Part shown: positions 24,401 to 35,700 of the stretch, piece by piece
Layout: the number at the start of each line of letters is the position of its first letter
Numbering within the stretch: the first letter of the stretch is position 1
Origin: Dimargaris cristalligena
Taxonomy: Eukaryota
Length of the DNA stretch: 60,829 bases
Reading direction: 5' to 3'
Assembly: GCA_003614675.1 (NCBI GenBank)
Contig: ML002242.1
Location: forward strand, 1-60,829
The notes under the pieces: model-generated
Database searches by the model: none
Told to the model about the DNA's origin: nothing
The model's input: only the letters and a program-made list of their open reading frames with translations
Made by a program: the position numbers and the translations under genes

Positions 24401-26066
24401 GTGAATAGACATGAATTGTACTTGATAATATGTTATTTCTAGGTAGCATTGTACCTCTTTGATGGAAGTGCAGGACCGGTCGACCACCAGCGATAAGTTT
24501 AGTTTAGTCTTAAATTAACAGCTCCCTGGAATTAGGTTTGGTTCACCAACTGCACTAAATATGTTTGGGCCGACTCCATAAGCCATTAGTAGTGCCATAG
24601 AGCCCTGTGATTATGTTGTTGTTGTTGTTGTTTCGAAAAAGGAGAGTGACCAGCCCGCTGAGAAAACTTGGAAAGGGCTGCCATTCGCCCCCGAAGGAAA
24701 GGTGTGAAATTCACCGACATGGGAGTCGCTGCATAGGGGCGGTTAGGCCGGCTTTGGTCTGTGGATGAGCATGGAAAAGGGGACAATGGAAGGAAGTTCG
24801 GAATCACTAGGCTTGGGGCAGTGTATCTCTAGAAGGAATAGCGGAGGTGGGTGATTGGCTTGGATTCCCCCTCTGTGCCAAAATTCTGGGAATAGGCAAG
24901 CATGCCTCTCGCTAACCCTTCCACAACGATAAGCCCATATAGACAGCGACGAATCCAACGATCCGACTGGTGGGCAGTTTAGAAAGAGAAATAATGCCAA
25001 GGAGGGCTGAGGGAGAGGAGAGAGAGAGTACACCCGAGAGAGAACGACTGAGTAGATATGTAAGGGGATGCTATAGTGGGAAATGGAGGGGAGAACTAAT
25101 AGTGGCTAGAAAACGAGGACGGGATAGTTCAATCAGTTTGGGGTTTCGCGAAGATTTCACATCCCGGCCGCCACGCCATTGTACTGTGGTATACTATTTA
25201 TCCGAAAATAGTACATTTACCTAATGAGTGTGAACGGGCCCCTTGTAAATCGGCCTGACACTATATCCCAAACCACCTCTGTAGTCGGGGAGCCCAATCA
25301 CATAGCGAAAAGTTGGTTTCCTGCCTCAGGCACCTATCAACCCCTATTATTTGACCGGCTAGTTCACTCTCCTTATTCGCTCCGATTATTGCTTCGCGAG
25401 TGGATAATGACTCCGCGCACCACGATCGGGCACCCGGCCCCAAACCCTCCACTCTTTGACGCCGTCTTTCCGGGGTCCATTATTATACTCCTCCTTCCCT
25501 TTTCAATATGTTATGTTGGCCTTCTCCCTTATACCTCCCCCTCCTTTGAGTCTCCCAACCTAGCGGGACCGCTTTATCCATGCTTCCTCCTCCCCCAATT
25601 TACCCTCCCTTGCCCTACGCCTCGGCCCGCTGCCAATATTACTATACCGACTGCCATTCAATACTACACAGCCCGTAGAAGCGCGGTAGTGCCGAACGGG
25701 GCAAAAAGAAGACCCTCTCCCTTTACGCAATCGCGTATTCATGGATTGGATTCTGGTATAACCATCTGTTGCACACCCCCGATAGTTTTACCAATGGTTT
25801 AGCCCTAGATCTTGCCAAAGGCACCCTCCCCCTAGTCTATTTCATATTTTAACCACCACTACTGCTTTTCAGAGTCCTGCTTACCCGCGTATTCTCCCCC
25901 TAGCCCCTAATCTAATATACACCACCCATGGAATAGTACTCATATACTAGTAAATAGTTTACTGCAAGACTGCCGCTGGGCTCGGCTCATATTTAAATCG
26001 GCCAACCTGTACCTTTTTCATTCACCAGCAGGGCCCGTTCCAACTTGTTCCTTTACCCCCACCTCG

Positions 26067-26099
<33 letters not shown>

Positions 26100-26698
26100 C
26101 TTCCCCTTTCGCCTCCCTTCCCCTCAATTTTCTTCTCTATCCCTCTCTACCCTCCCTTGCCCAGCTCGCTTTACTTTACTTCCCCGCCCGACTACTCATA
26201 CCCGAGAATTCGGCCCACCTATTGATAGCAATAGGTAAGTAGCTATATACTACACAATTTTCCTGTTATGCATTACCATTTGGCACTAGATGTTCACGAC
26301 AATGTGTCGTCCGCTGCTCCTTTGACACCCCCAACTTGACTTAATCCTGTGCCAATTCCTTCGAATAGATAAGGCTATTCGTGAAATACTGGGCGTGACG
26401 ATAGTGCCACTTCCCCCACAGTTTACCTCAAACCACCTCTAACTATATCGGTATTTACCTCCACTCACCCCAAGCTGCTATACTCCATCGACTGCTTACC
26501 GTTTGTTAACCCTTCTATTCGTTTATATTTTTTCTTACCGCTGCCTTTTCCGTACTGCCTTAGTGAGAACCCTTTTGCTAAATATATATAGATATATATA
26601 ATCTCTAAAGGGATCCAACATCACTCCACCACAATTTGACACTTCACCCGCAGGTCGGACCCCTTCCTCTCTCCCCTTTATAATCTGACTCCAAAACC

Positions 26699-28933
26699 AT
26701 GATTATACGTATTTCTGGGCTACTGCTTGTGGCCACTCTGCTTGCGGAAACCACGGTGCAGGGTCGGTCTATCCCTGAATACCCCGGCCTTTACCGCCGC
26801 AATTACGACGTCAACAACCTGGACCCTACCACAGACGGTGCGGTATGTGATACCCCCGGCTGCCCCGGGTTCGACACTGAAGCCCCCAACCCGGTGGAAA
26901 CCGCCCAATTCACCGTTCCCGGTGAAGGAGGACCCACCCCCATCGACTATACCGACTATGACCCGGCCAATTTCGATCCCACCATGGTAGAGTCTTCTTC
27001 GGACCCGGCTAACCAGGACCAAGGTCTGGACCAGGATATGCCGGAAGGTGCCGAAATGGGCTCATTTGACAGTCCACCGGCCGATTTCGGACAGGATTGC
27101 TCTGCCCCCTCCCCGACCACCGTGTACGCCACCATTACCATGACTTCCACGGTGACGGTGACCGACTGTGAAACCGGTCTGGCCCCGGCCGCGATTGATA
27201 CTGGTATTCCCGCGGTACCCTTCGGAGCGGAGGCAGAGGACTGTGACGAGGACCCGGCCGCCTCCTCTTTTGACACTTTGGATACTCCGAAAGCTAAATG
27301 CAACCCTATCACTACTATGCCCACGCCAGAACCGATGGCCAGCGAGTTATACCAACCCGAGGAAGAGGACTGCGAGGAGGAGGACCCCGCGCCCGCTCCG
27401 CAGGAGTTCATTCCCCCCGTTGCCCCCATGGAGACGCCTGCGGATTTGTACCAACCGGAGGAAGAGGACTGTGAAGAGGAGGTCCCCGAGCCCGCTGCCA
27501 CCGCCATTGTCGCCCCCACTGAGTCATTCGACGAGGACTGCGAAGAGGAGGTCCCCGAGCCCGCTGCCACCGCCATTGTCGCCCCCACTGAGTCATTCGA
27601 CGAGGACTGCGAAGAGGAGGTACCCACCACCATCCCCACCGAATCGTTCGGTGAGGACTGCGAAGAGGAGGAACCTACCACCCCTGACAATCTCAATACT
27701 GCCCCCAAGACCAAGTGCAACCCCATTTTGACGATCCCCGCGGCCTCGGAGCCGGCGGATTTCTTGGCGCCCGAGCCTGAACCAATGACTTACCCGGAAA
27801 CGGAGCCCGAACCTGCACCAATGGACTTTGCGGAGCCTGAACCCGAGCCCATGAATAACTCGGTCACTGAGCCTGAGCCGATGAACTTCTCGGAAACCGA
27901 ACCCATGCCCACGGATTTTGCCGAACCCGAGCCTGCCCCTCTACCTACCAATGAGCCTGAAACCATCCCCCAGATGTTCGACCCCGTCGAGCCCGAACAG
28001 CCGGAAAACTTTGAGGACCCTTCCTTCGACACGAGTGTCCCTACCAAGACGAAGTGCAACCCCGTCACCACGATTCCCGAACCTCTCAACCAGGACTTCA
28101 GTGTGCCCGCCGAAGTCCCTGAGGAGGAATGTGAAGAGGAGGACCCCATCATTGCCCAGCCCCTTAACGAGGAAGTCAATATGCCGGAGGACCCGATCAT
28201 CCCCGCCGTGGCCTCCTTGACTCCCGAAAAGACCAAGTGCAACCCCGTGGAAAACATCGATGCCGCCTTCAGTGAGCCTTGTGAGGAAAGCCCGACCCCT
28301 ACCTTTACTTCGTCGACGCCCGCCAACCTAGTGACCGAACCCACTACTGCCCCTGCCACCAAGTGCAAACCGGTGGAGACTATTGAAAATGTCCAGCCTG
28401 AAGAGGACTGTGAAGAGGATCCCGCCCCCGCCAACATTCAGGCTGAGGAAGACTGTGAAGAAGACCCCGCCCCCGCCAACATTCAGGCCGAAGAGGACTG
28501 TGAGGAAGACCCCACTCCCGCTAACGCTCAAGCCGAAGAGGACTGTGAGGAAGACCCCGCTCCCGCTAACGCTCAAGCCGAAGAGGACTGTGAGGAGGAG
28601 CCCACTCCCGCCAACGCGCAGGCCGAAGAAGACTGTGTCGATGAGCCCGAAGCCACCGGTGACGCCACGTCCACTGCCGACTTCATGTACCCCGAAATTG
28701 CTACCACCGCTGATGCCACCTCTGATACTACCCTGACCCCTAACTTCGTGGATTTTTCGGACGACTCCACGATGATGTCCCCAGACACCGATGCTGCCCT
28801 GGCCCTCGGCCTCCAGGCTCCCTCGGACTCCACCGCCACCACAGAGACTTCCACTGATACCACCGCTGAGGTTGACACTGGCTCCCCCAGCTACCTGCGT
28901 CGCCGCTCGTGGAACCGGTCCACTATTAACTAA
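26699..28933 (+). CDS. Secreted acidic Glu/Pro/Thr-rich repetitive protein with periodic Cys motifs (possible cell-wall/matrix protein)
   Basis: 744-aa single coding exon with signal peptide and Kex2-like YRR site. Repeats vary mostly at synonymous positions. Probable 5'-UTR intron(s): donor at 26235, acceptor at 26653. Confidence 0.88.
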   Translation: MIIRISGLLLVATLLAETTVQGRSIPEYPGLYRRNYDVNNLDPTTDGAVCDTPGCPGFDTEAPNPVETAQFTVPGEGGPTPIDYTDYDPANFDPTMVESSSDPANQDQGLDQDMPEGAEMGSFDSPPADFGQDCSAPSPTTVYATITMTSTVTVTDCETGLAPAAIDTGIPAVPFGAEAEDCDEDPAASSFDTLDTPKAKCNPITTMPTPEPMASELYQPEEEDCEEEDPAPAPQEFIPPVAPMETPADLYQPEEEDCEEEVPEPAATAIVAPTESFDEDCEEEVPEPAATAIVAPTESFDEDCEEEVPTTIPTESFGEDCEEEEPTTPDNLNTAPKTKCNPILTIPAASEPADFLAPEPEPMTYPETEPEPAPMDFAEPEPEPMNNSVTEPEPMNFSETEPMPTDFAEPEPAPLPTNEPETIPQMFDPVEPEQPENFEDPSFDTSVPTKTKCNPVTTIPEPLNQDFSVPAEVPEEECEEEDPIIAQPLNEEVNMPEDPIIPAVASLTPEKTKCNPVENIDAAFSEPCEESPTPTFTSSTPANLVTEPTTAPATKCKPVETIENVQPEEDCEEDPAPANIQAEEDCEEDPAPANIQAEEDCEEDPTPANAQAEEDCEEDPAPANAQAEEDCEEEPTPANAQAEEDCVDEPEATGDATSTADFMYPEIATTADATSDTTLTPNFVDFSDDSTMMSPDTDAALALGLQAPSDSTATTETSTDTTAEVDTGSPSYLRRRSWNRSTIN
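27464..27625 (+). repeat. Coding tandem repeat, 69-bp unit (EDCEEEVPEPAATAIVAPTESFD), ~2.3 copies
   Basis: Near-identical units start at 27464, 27533 and 27602. Confidence 0.9.
28394..28648 (+). repeat. Coding tandem repeat, 45-bp unit (QAEEDCEEDPxPANx), ~5.7 copies
   Basis: Units every 45 bp from 28394, differing mostly at third codon positions. Confidence 0.9.
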
Positions 28934-30144
28934 TAGTAGTGGGGACCTATAAAAATACATTGGCCAATAATAGCCGACCCGCTCTTTACCCATACCCTCT
29001 ATGATTAGATTTTTGGTCCCGTCCTAAAATAATGAGTGTGTGCATCGTTGTCCTTTGTTCCTTATAATGAGTCTAAGCTGGGTCATCGTTCTTTCCATTT
29101 CCTCTTTCTTGTATAGCGGCGACCTCTATCTGAGATTGACTATTGTTATCGTCTTTCCTTTTGCCTCTCATGACAATGACTATTTTTGCCTTTGATGTAA
29201 ATATTATTTTATGTACAGACACCCCCTTTTTTTTACAGTTAAACATTTTCAATATCACCTCTACCTTTAAGTCAAGGCTGTGTGCCCGCGGCTCTTGGCT
29301 TTGTAAAATTTGGTTCGATTTTCATGTCTATAGGCTGCTTTAGTATTGCGTTGTTTTATTCCTTGTAAGTTTCCCAGTTGGCGGGCTGATAAGTAGCCGC
29401 TGTGGGCAAACTAGGACGATTATATACACCTTACGTATTTCGATTATAAACTATAAATATATCCACATATGAATTGAGTTGTGAAAATGGGATACCTCAC
29501 ACGTGATCTGTCCAATAATTAGATTGAGATGTTAGGAGATCTCCATGACTTTTATTAGCCACATAGATAGTGCGATTGCTACGGAGTCGGCCAATTTTTA
29601 AAAGTGGAACATGTTATACCTATAACTGATATTCGGCGGACATCGCCACGTCCAAGTCCCAAAGACCGATGCCGGGGGTTTTAAATACTATGGCATGCCT
29701 ATAGCAAACCAGCATTAGCGATAGTTAATATACCATTCCTCTACAATTCACAAAATAAAATGGCATCCCCCTTCCCCATTCTGTCTACATCAGATATCTC
29801 ACCCACCAATAGCGAAGCCGAATGGATAACTTGACCAATGTATCAGTTTTACACATGATTCGATTAAGGTGAGATAATAATAGCACGGTTTAACCATACC
29901 TCCTCCAGGTGACTTGGCTTCATTCGGCTTATACCATGTCTCCTCACCCTTCCTCTCCCGCCACTGTACTTGAAGTTACCCCAGTAGTTCGGCAGGCCCT
30001 GCTTACGTAGTCTCCCCCATCTTTACCCATTCCAAATTTATAATCAAAACATATCCTCCTCACCTTACCTACCTACATTCACCTGATTGCTCTATTCCAT
30101 TCGCGCCTAGCTTCACTGATCTGGCCATTAATGCACATTCTAGC

Positions 30145-30977
30145 ATGGCGCATCGTCCTACGCTAGCTCGACCCACTTGGGCAGCCTTACAACGAATGAC
30201 CGTCCGTTGCCGGCCAGTCCACATGCCAACGCTCCCAATGAGGACCATGGCGACAACCCATGCTTTCCTCCCTCTTCGACCAACGCCTAACGTCCGGTCG
30301 GTCGAGCGAATGACTGCTATCCCATCCTTCACCCCTTGGCGTACGCGCTTCATTACGACCATGGTCACACCGAAGAATAGCGCAGAGGGTACGCCACTCA
30401 GCTTGACTCTGACGGACACGGCCGGAAAAGTAAGTCAGTATAACCCTTACCATTTGCCTCGGCGTAGCCGGACCCTCCTCCCCACCTTCCACTACCCCCC
30501 CCCTCCTGGAACTCCCATTATTCTCGAATATACCATTATATAGGGCCTGGTTTTCGACCTAGTCTCGTTCCTCCTACTAACCCGGTTGACCCATCGGTAA
30601 GACTATCGCATAGTTTCTATAGGCTAACCCAGACTTCCTATGTATATACTACTGCCTACTCCTGTCGGTTTCAGCAATTACAAAAAATCGCCCAAGACAA
30701 AAGCAATCCCCAATTAAAACTACGAGTACTAGTCGAGTCGGGTGGCTGCTACGGGTTCCAGTACAAATTCCAGCTGACGGATCAGGTCAACGACGACGAC
30801 GCCGTGTTTGAAAATTCCGGTGGACAAGTAGTCATTGATGAAGTCTCCCTCTCGCTGCTCGACGGCGCCACGGTTGACTACGTGGAGGAACTCATCGGAT
30901 CCTCGTTTCAAATTGTTAAAATCCCAATGGCTACCTCCGGCTGTGGGTGCGGGGCCTCCTTTGATATTAAAATATAG
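30145..30977 (+). CDS. ISA2: Mitochondrial iron-sulfur cluster assembly protein Isa2/ISCA2; exons 30145-30429 and 30675-30977
   Basis: Arg-rich presequence, phase-0 intron 30430-30674. Exon 2 reads LRVLVESGGCYGFQY...VVIDEVSLSLLDGATVDYVEELIGSSF...SGCGCGASFDIKI*. Exon 2 is absent from the ORF track. Confidence 0.92.
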
Positions 30978-31589
30978 GGCGTTTCATAATTTTCGTTTGT
31001 GATGGATTTTATACCTACTAGAGAAACGGGGTGCCTTAAAGGACTGGTATTATTTCCTACCATTTGCGAACCGGAATCGCTATATAGGACATCTCGAACC
31101 CCCCGAGGCCCCTACATTGGGGTTAAAAAAGTCATGCAATTACTGCATTTATATGACCAAAGTCCCCACCCCCACACCGATTCTCAATTGAATACTTTAA
31201 ACATTTCCGAATATTTTGGCCTGTGAATTAGACAAACTTCAATAAATACTAATGTAACATATGTCTATTACACATTCTTGGCCCAAAATTAGATACCGTC
31301 ATCCGTATTTTAACGGAGCAGTTGGTTATTTAACAGTATAGTGGTGGTATTTATTGTTGAATAGTAATATATTTGGGCTAAGAGCAGAGATTGCAAAGAT
31401 AAACACGACGATGGAATTTATAGAAGGGTAGGTAAAGCCTGGCCAGTTATCAAAGATTCGCTGGGATGAGCCAGCGGTCGGGCGGATGGCCCCAATCTAC
31501 GGAGGAGGTTAACTCCCCGAGTTTAATAACCGAAATGCCGGAGAGAGAAAAAGAGAGAGCGCGCGGGTTGCCATGGCCGAAGGAAGAAA

Positions 31590-32726
31590 TTACAGTTCCT
31601 GGTGGCCACCAGCATTGGGCAGGACCTGCTTGAAGAAGTCCAGGATATTCTTGCGGATATTGAAGCTATCGGCATTGGCGGCGGTGAGGTCGCGCTTCTT
31701 GAGGATTTTATCGAGGCGGGTGATTTCCTTGGAGATGAAGTCCCGGTTACTGACGAGTTTGGTCATGACCTTGACGTAGTACTTGGCGTACTGGTCCTTC
31801 AGACCCTGGGCGGTTTCCTCGGCCTTGGCCACGATCTGTTGGCGGCCTGATTCGGCGGATTTCACAAAATCATTGACCAGCTGGTTCATCCGGTCGACGA
31901 GGCCGGCCTGGGCGTCCAGTCCACCACCGGGCAGACGGTGGGTGCCGCAGTGGGTATTCAGGAAAGTCACCAGATCCTCTTCGGTACGCCCGACATCGTA
32001 TTCGATGGGGGTATCCGAGCCGGCGGGGAAGAACTTGAGGGTGGGGTAACCCTGCACGTCGTAGCGGGTGCCCAGTTCGGGCTCCACGGTGGCATCCACT
32101 TTGGTGACCAGGCAGTTGGGCTCGTTGGCGAAGATCTTGGCGACCTTCTCGTAGGTCGGGGCCAGCTGCTTGCAGTGACCGCACCAGGGGGCATAAAATT
32201 CCACCAGCACGCCCTTGGTAGGATCCAGCGCCACCGAGTCAAATTCGGCGGTGGTCAGGGAACGGGTGTAGGTCTTCTCCTTGGTGATACGGGGGGCGGC
32301 ACCAGTCTGGTCGGTGATGAACTGGGCCAGGGACTCCAGGTCCCGGCCCTTGTCGTAGGCCAGGGGATTCTTGAGGTCAGTCGTGAAGAGCTTCAGAGTC
32401 GGGAACCCCTGGACGTCGTAGCGGGCCCCCAGGCTGCGGTGGTCATCGGCGTTGACTTTGGCGATGACGACGGTGTCCTTGGCGTGGGCGAAGGCGCCGG
32501 CCAGCTGTTCGTAGATGGGGGCCAGGGTCTTGCAGTGGCCGCACCACGGCGCGTAAAACTCCACAAAGACGGCCTTGGAGCCGTCCACCACGGCGTCAAA
32601 ATTGTCGATGGTCAGGTCCACGACATGGCTAGGCTGATCATCGGCCTGGACAGGCTTGCCCAGAAGAGCGGCGCCCAGGACCAGGAATAGGGTGGCCAGG
32701 GCCAACCGGAAGTGCGAGGAGAACAT
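31590..32726 (-). CDS. tigA: Protein disulfide isomerase, TigA/ERp38 type (two thioredoxin domains + ERp29-like C-domain)
   Basis: Signal peptide from ATG 32726, two FYAPWCGHCK motifs, helical tail with AKYYVKVM..KEITRLDKIL, C-terminal HQEL. Confidence 0.92.
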   Translation of the reverse strand: MFSSHFRLALATLFLVLGAALLGKPVQADDQPSHVVDLTIDNFDAVVDGSKAVFVEFYAPWCGHCKTLAPIYEQLAGAFAHAKDTVVIAKVNADDHRSLGARYDVQGFPTLKLFTTDLKNPLAYDKGRDLESLAQFITDQTGAAPRITKEKTYTRSLTTAEFDSVALDPTKGVLVEFYAPWCGHCKQLAPTYEKVAKIFANEPNCLVTKVDATVEPELGTRYDVQGYPTLKFFPAGSDTPIEYDVGRTEEDLVTFLNTHCGTHRLPGGGLDAQAGLVDRMNQLVNDFVKSAESGRQQIVAKAEETAQGLKDQYAKYYVKVMTKLVSNRDFISKEITRLDKILKKRDLTAANADSFNIRKNILDFFKQVLPNAGGHQEL

Positions 32727-35700
32727 GCGAACGGAACTCAACCCAAGGCTAATGTTCAAGGGTGGTTGGGAGGAGGAGATGAGATAGAAAAGTAGAAACG
32801 AGTCGCCAATTGGCCGCGGGGTTTCAATTGGGCGTCAATATAAAAAGGTATCAGTAATGTTCAAGAGAGGGATGAGTGATCACTGGATGACAGAGGCATA
32901 TGGTCAGAGGGTCATACACTTGCTTCTTCTCAGGAAGTATGCCGTCTATGCATAGAGAGACGCAGTTGAGCGGGCACCACGGGTTTAAGACCCTCCGTCA
33001 TGGATCAGGGCCAAACCAAGGGGGGAGAGGCAAGGATGAGACCACCAGGGCGACGTCATTCGCCAAATGGGAAAATAAATGGCTCGTCCTGAATAAGAAC
33101 CGACCCATGCATGCAACGTGTCCAGGGGCTTACCAGACAATTTAGTCCGCCACGAAATTTTGGAATTGGAGGGCGGGGTCCCTGGAGTTGCGCAGACAAA
33201 CGGGCGCCTGGATGGCTTCGGCCATTTCAGGGGATCCGTTTGGAAACTAACCAAAAGTAGCAATATCAGGTGGGGAAAACGGTATTTTATAGGACTTTCC
33301 TGTTAGCCTGCATGAGAATGAGGTACATCGGTGGATCAGGCTATCAAGCGGACCCCGTTCCTTTTGAGTTTATTTGGTAGCGGAAAAAAAGGGAGCAGCG
33401 GTATATTGATTCGATATATTAGTACGGGTGGCTCATCTTGTTCGCTTTTCATGGGTAAAAGCAAGGACAAAATCAACCTAAATGAGCCCAATTCGGATAA
33501 TTCCACCCTACCCTACCCCTTGGACGGAGTATTGCCAATCGATTCCATTTTTAATGGCATCAACCGAGAATAATACAGAGAGGTGAAGGAAGTCCTATTA
33601 GGCATGTACATGACTAGTTGGAGATACACACAACCCATCTTTGCCATTTACCGACATTTCCTTCAAAGTGGCAACGGCGTTTTCCAAATACCTGGCTGAT
33701 CCGAAGTCACTGACCATTTCCCCATTCCACTTACTCTCATCAGCCCCTCACTTATACGACCCCCCGGCCGTATTTTACGCGCTTGCCAATTGGTATAACC
33801 AGCAGGTACGGAGGGGGAGAAACAATACGTTTTATAATTTGTGCTAATCGGAATATTTCACCCTAGTAAGGTTTTACTAGGAGAGAGTACCCAAGGCAAA
33901 TCAATTATATTGAGAAATGATAAATAGGCAGATACCCTGGCAACTTCGGTAATTTAAGAGAATAACATTGAGAACCATCACCCATGGATTTATACATGGA
34001 CGGAGCTTTAGTCCAGGTCGGTGGGACCCCTTAACGGGGTAAGAAGGGGGTTTGGATGTGGTTTAACCAAATCCAGTTGTATAGCGAGTCTTGGGGGATC
34101 TAGCCTCTTTTTTCAGCGCTCACTTCCCTTGAACCAATGTCTTTTCTCAGCTTATTAACCGCTTTAGGCTTCTCGGCCAAGTTACTATATCAGTCCACCG
34201 GTTCTTAACCGTGTGACCCATTAGCATCTGGTCTCGAATACCACCGAAACAAAACACGAATAGTGCACCCACAGCCCGAAGCCTCTACTGCCCACCAACA
34301 AGGTCCTCTCTCTCTCTCTTTCTCGTACTTATCACTGGGCTGTCTCGCTAATCATCAAACAACTCTAATCGTTTGTGTAGAGTTTCAGCTCGGCTGATCA
34401 ATTTCATCACAAGCCCTGCGTTTATCATTTGACGGCGAGGGTGGATGGGCTATTTTCTTTCGTCACCACTCCATCTTGTAATCTGGTCTAGCTGATGGCA
34501 TGATGCCGAATCCCCCAAAGCACACTACCTGCGCAAGAACGATGGCCATAACAATGATCCCCTTCCCCCCAAAAAAGCCCTTCGGCTGAAAATGCTTGAA
34601 CTAATATACTGCGGTGCAAGAATAAGCTGTCCCGGTAGGCGTCTACTTACCACTGTAAGAGTGTATGTATAAGATGGTTATTTTGGTCAAATTGGGAACA
34701 GAGAGCTACCCTACCTCTGGTAGGTGTGGAGTGAGAATGGGTATCCTTAGCACACCACTTCCCTCGTTCTGGGCCAAATTAGAGTGATGCCTGGTGATTG
34801 AAGTGTATGACCAGTAATTACAATACATCTGGAAATACGGAACAAAGTTGTCGAAAGAACGTAGTATGGAAGCGCGGGGGTTATGGGTTGGGTAAAACGA
34901 AAAAAACAATGGGGTTAATTTTGGAAATACAAAGGCAGGGTGATCGCATGAAACTCGGACAACGAGGTATAAAAAATACCAGATTTTAGAAACTATAGTG
35001 GGCTTAAGTAGGTACTAGTATTCGCCAATGGTATAGTCGTGTCAGGGTTCAACGAGGCGGTCAATGAGAGGGCCCCGCCAATATACCATGTGAAAATATT
35101 CTATTGTTTTTATCACAATCGTTCCTGCGTATGTAGTGCACCCGAGGGCTCATTTACGAAATCTAGCACCTAGCTGGTCAACCTTAAAGCGAAAATAGCA
35201 TTGTCAAAATCTAGTTTAGTATTTACTATTGCCATGTAGTAGGCTTCATGGTACTTTATCCAAATCTTAATACTGCTAAAGATGTAGGTAATGAATCAAC
35301 TGCCGAATTTATACCGCATTATTTAGCCTATAGTTAGCTGATCTTAGGTGCCAAGTTAAATTAAACGAATCCGACTGCTGAGGGGAGCACTAGAGGGGGA
35401 GGGTAGCTTGGCCGGAAAATACTGATTACCGGTAACTTCTCTAATCCGCTCTGGTATTTCCTATAATGTACCCCAGTCTAAATAAGCTATCAGCCATTTT
35501 CATGTTACTTGATTTGGACCACTCCACAGCCAGTTCCAGTCGGCTGATCATCTAAGGCTGGATCATAGAAATTGGTCCCGCCTTTTTATCAAACCTACGC
35601 GGAAATTCCTCAGCCACCAATAGTATTATAAGTATTTAATTAACACCTCCCGCCTGAGAAACACGCCGTCTTCCGCTGTTCCCATCGCGTTTGCTATATA

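Noticed and set aside
25224-25802. 192-aa ORF upstream of the secreted repeat gene
   Set aside because: Pro/Leu-rich translation of a pyrimidine-rich promoter region, with no motif or codon bias like the real genes.
27464-28648. Regularly spaced repeats as a CRISPR-like array
   Set aside because: Units are multiples of 3 in an open frame, vary synonymously and have no unique spacers; the context is eukaryotic with no cas genes.
26720-28993. Long minus-strand and alternate-frame ORFs over the repeat protein (similar ones overlie PDI, the TF and CLIP-170)
   Set aside because: By-products of GC-rich codon bias and repeats in the real genes.
29936-30144. Possible extra upstream ISA2 exon (MSPHPSS...LLT spliced to MAHRP)
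   Set aside because: The frame is compatible but the donor (GTAGTC) is weak and it would mask a good mitochondrial presequence; needs RNA-seq.
11296-30977. Frataxin + ISA2 as an Fe-S assembly gene cluster
   Set aside because: They are 18 kb apart with unrelated genes between; coincidence is adequate without synteny data.
32800-33125. ERSE/UPRE elements upstream of the PDI gene
   Set aside because: CCAAT boxes and ACGT cores are present, but the spacing does not fit CCAAT-N9-CCACG and the matches are too short to call.
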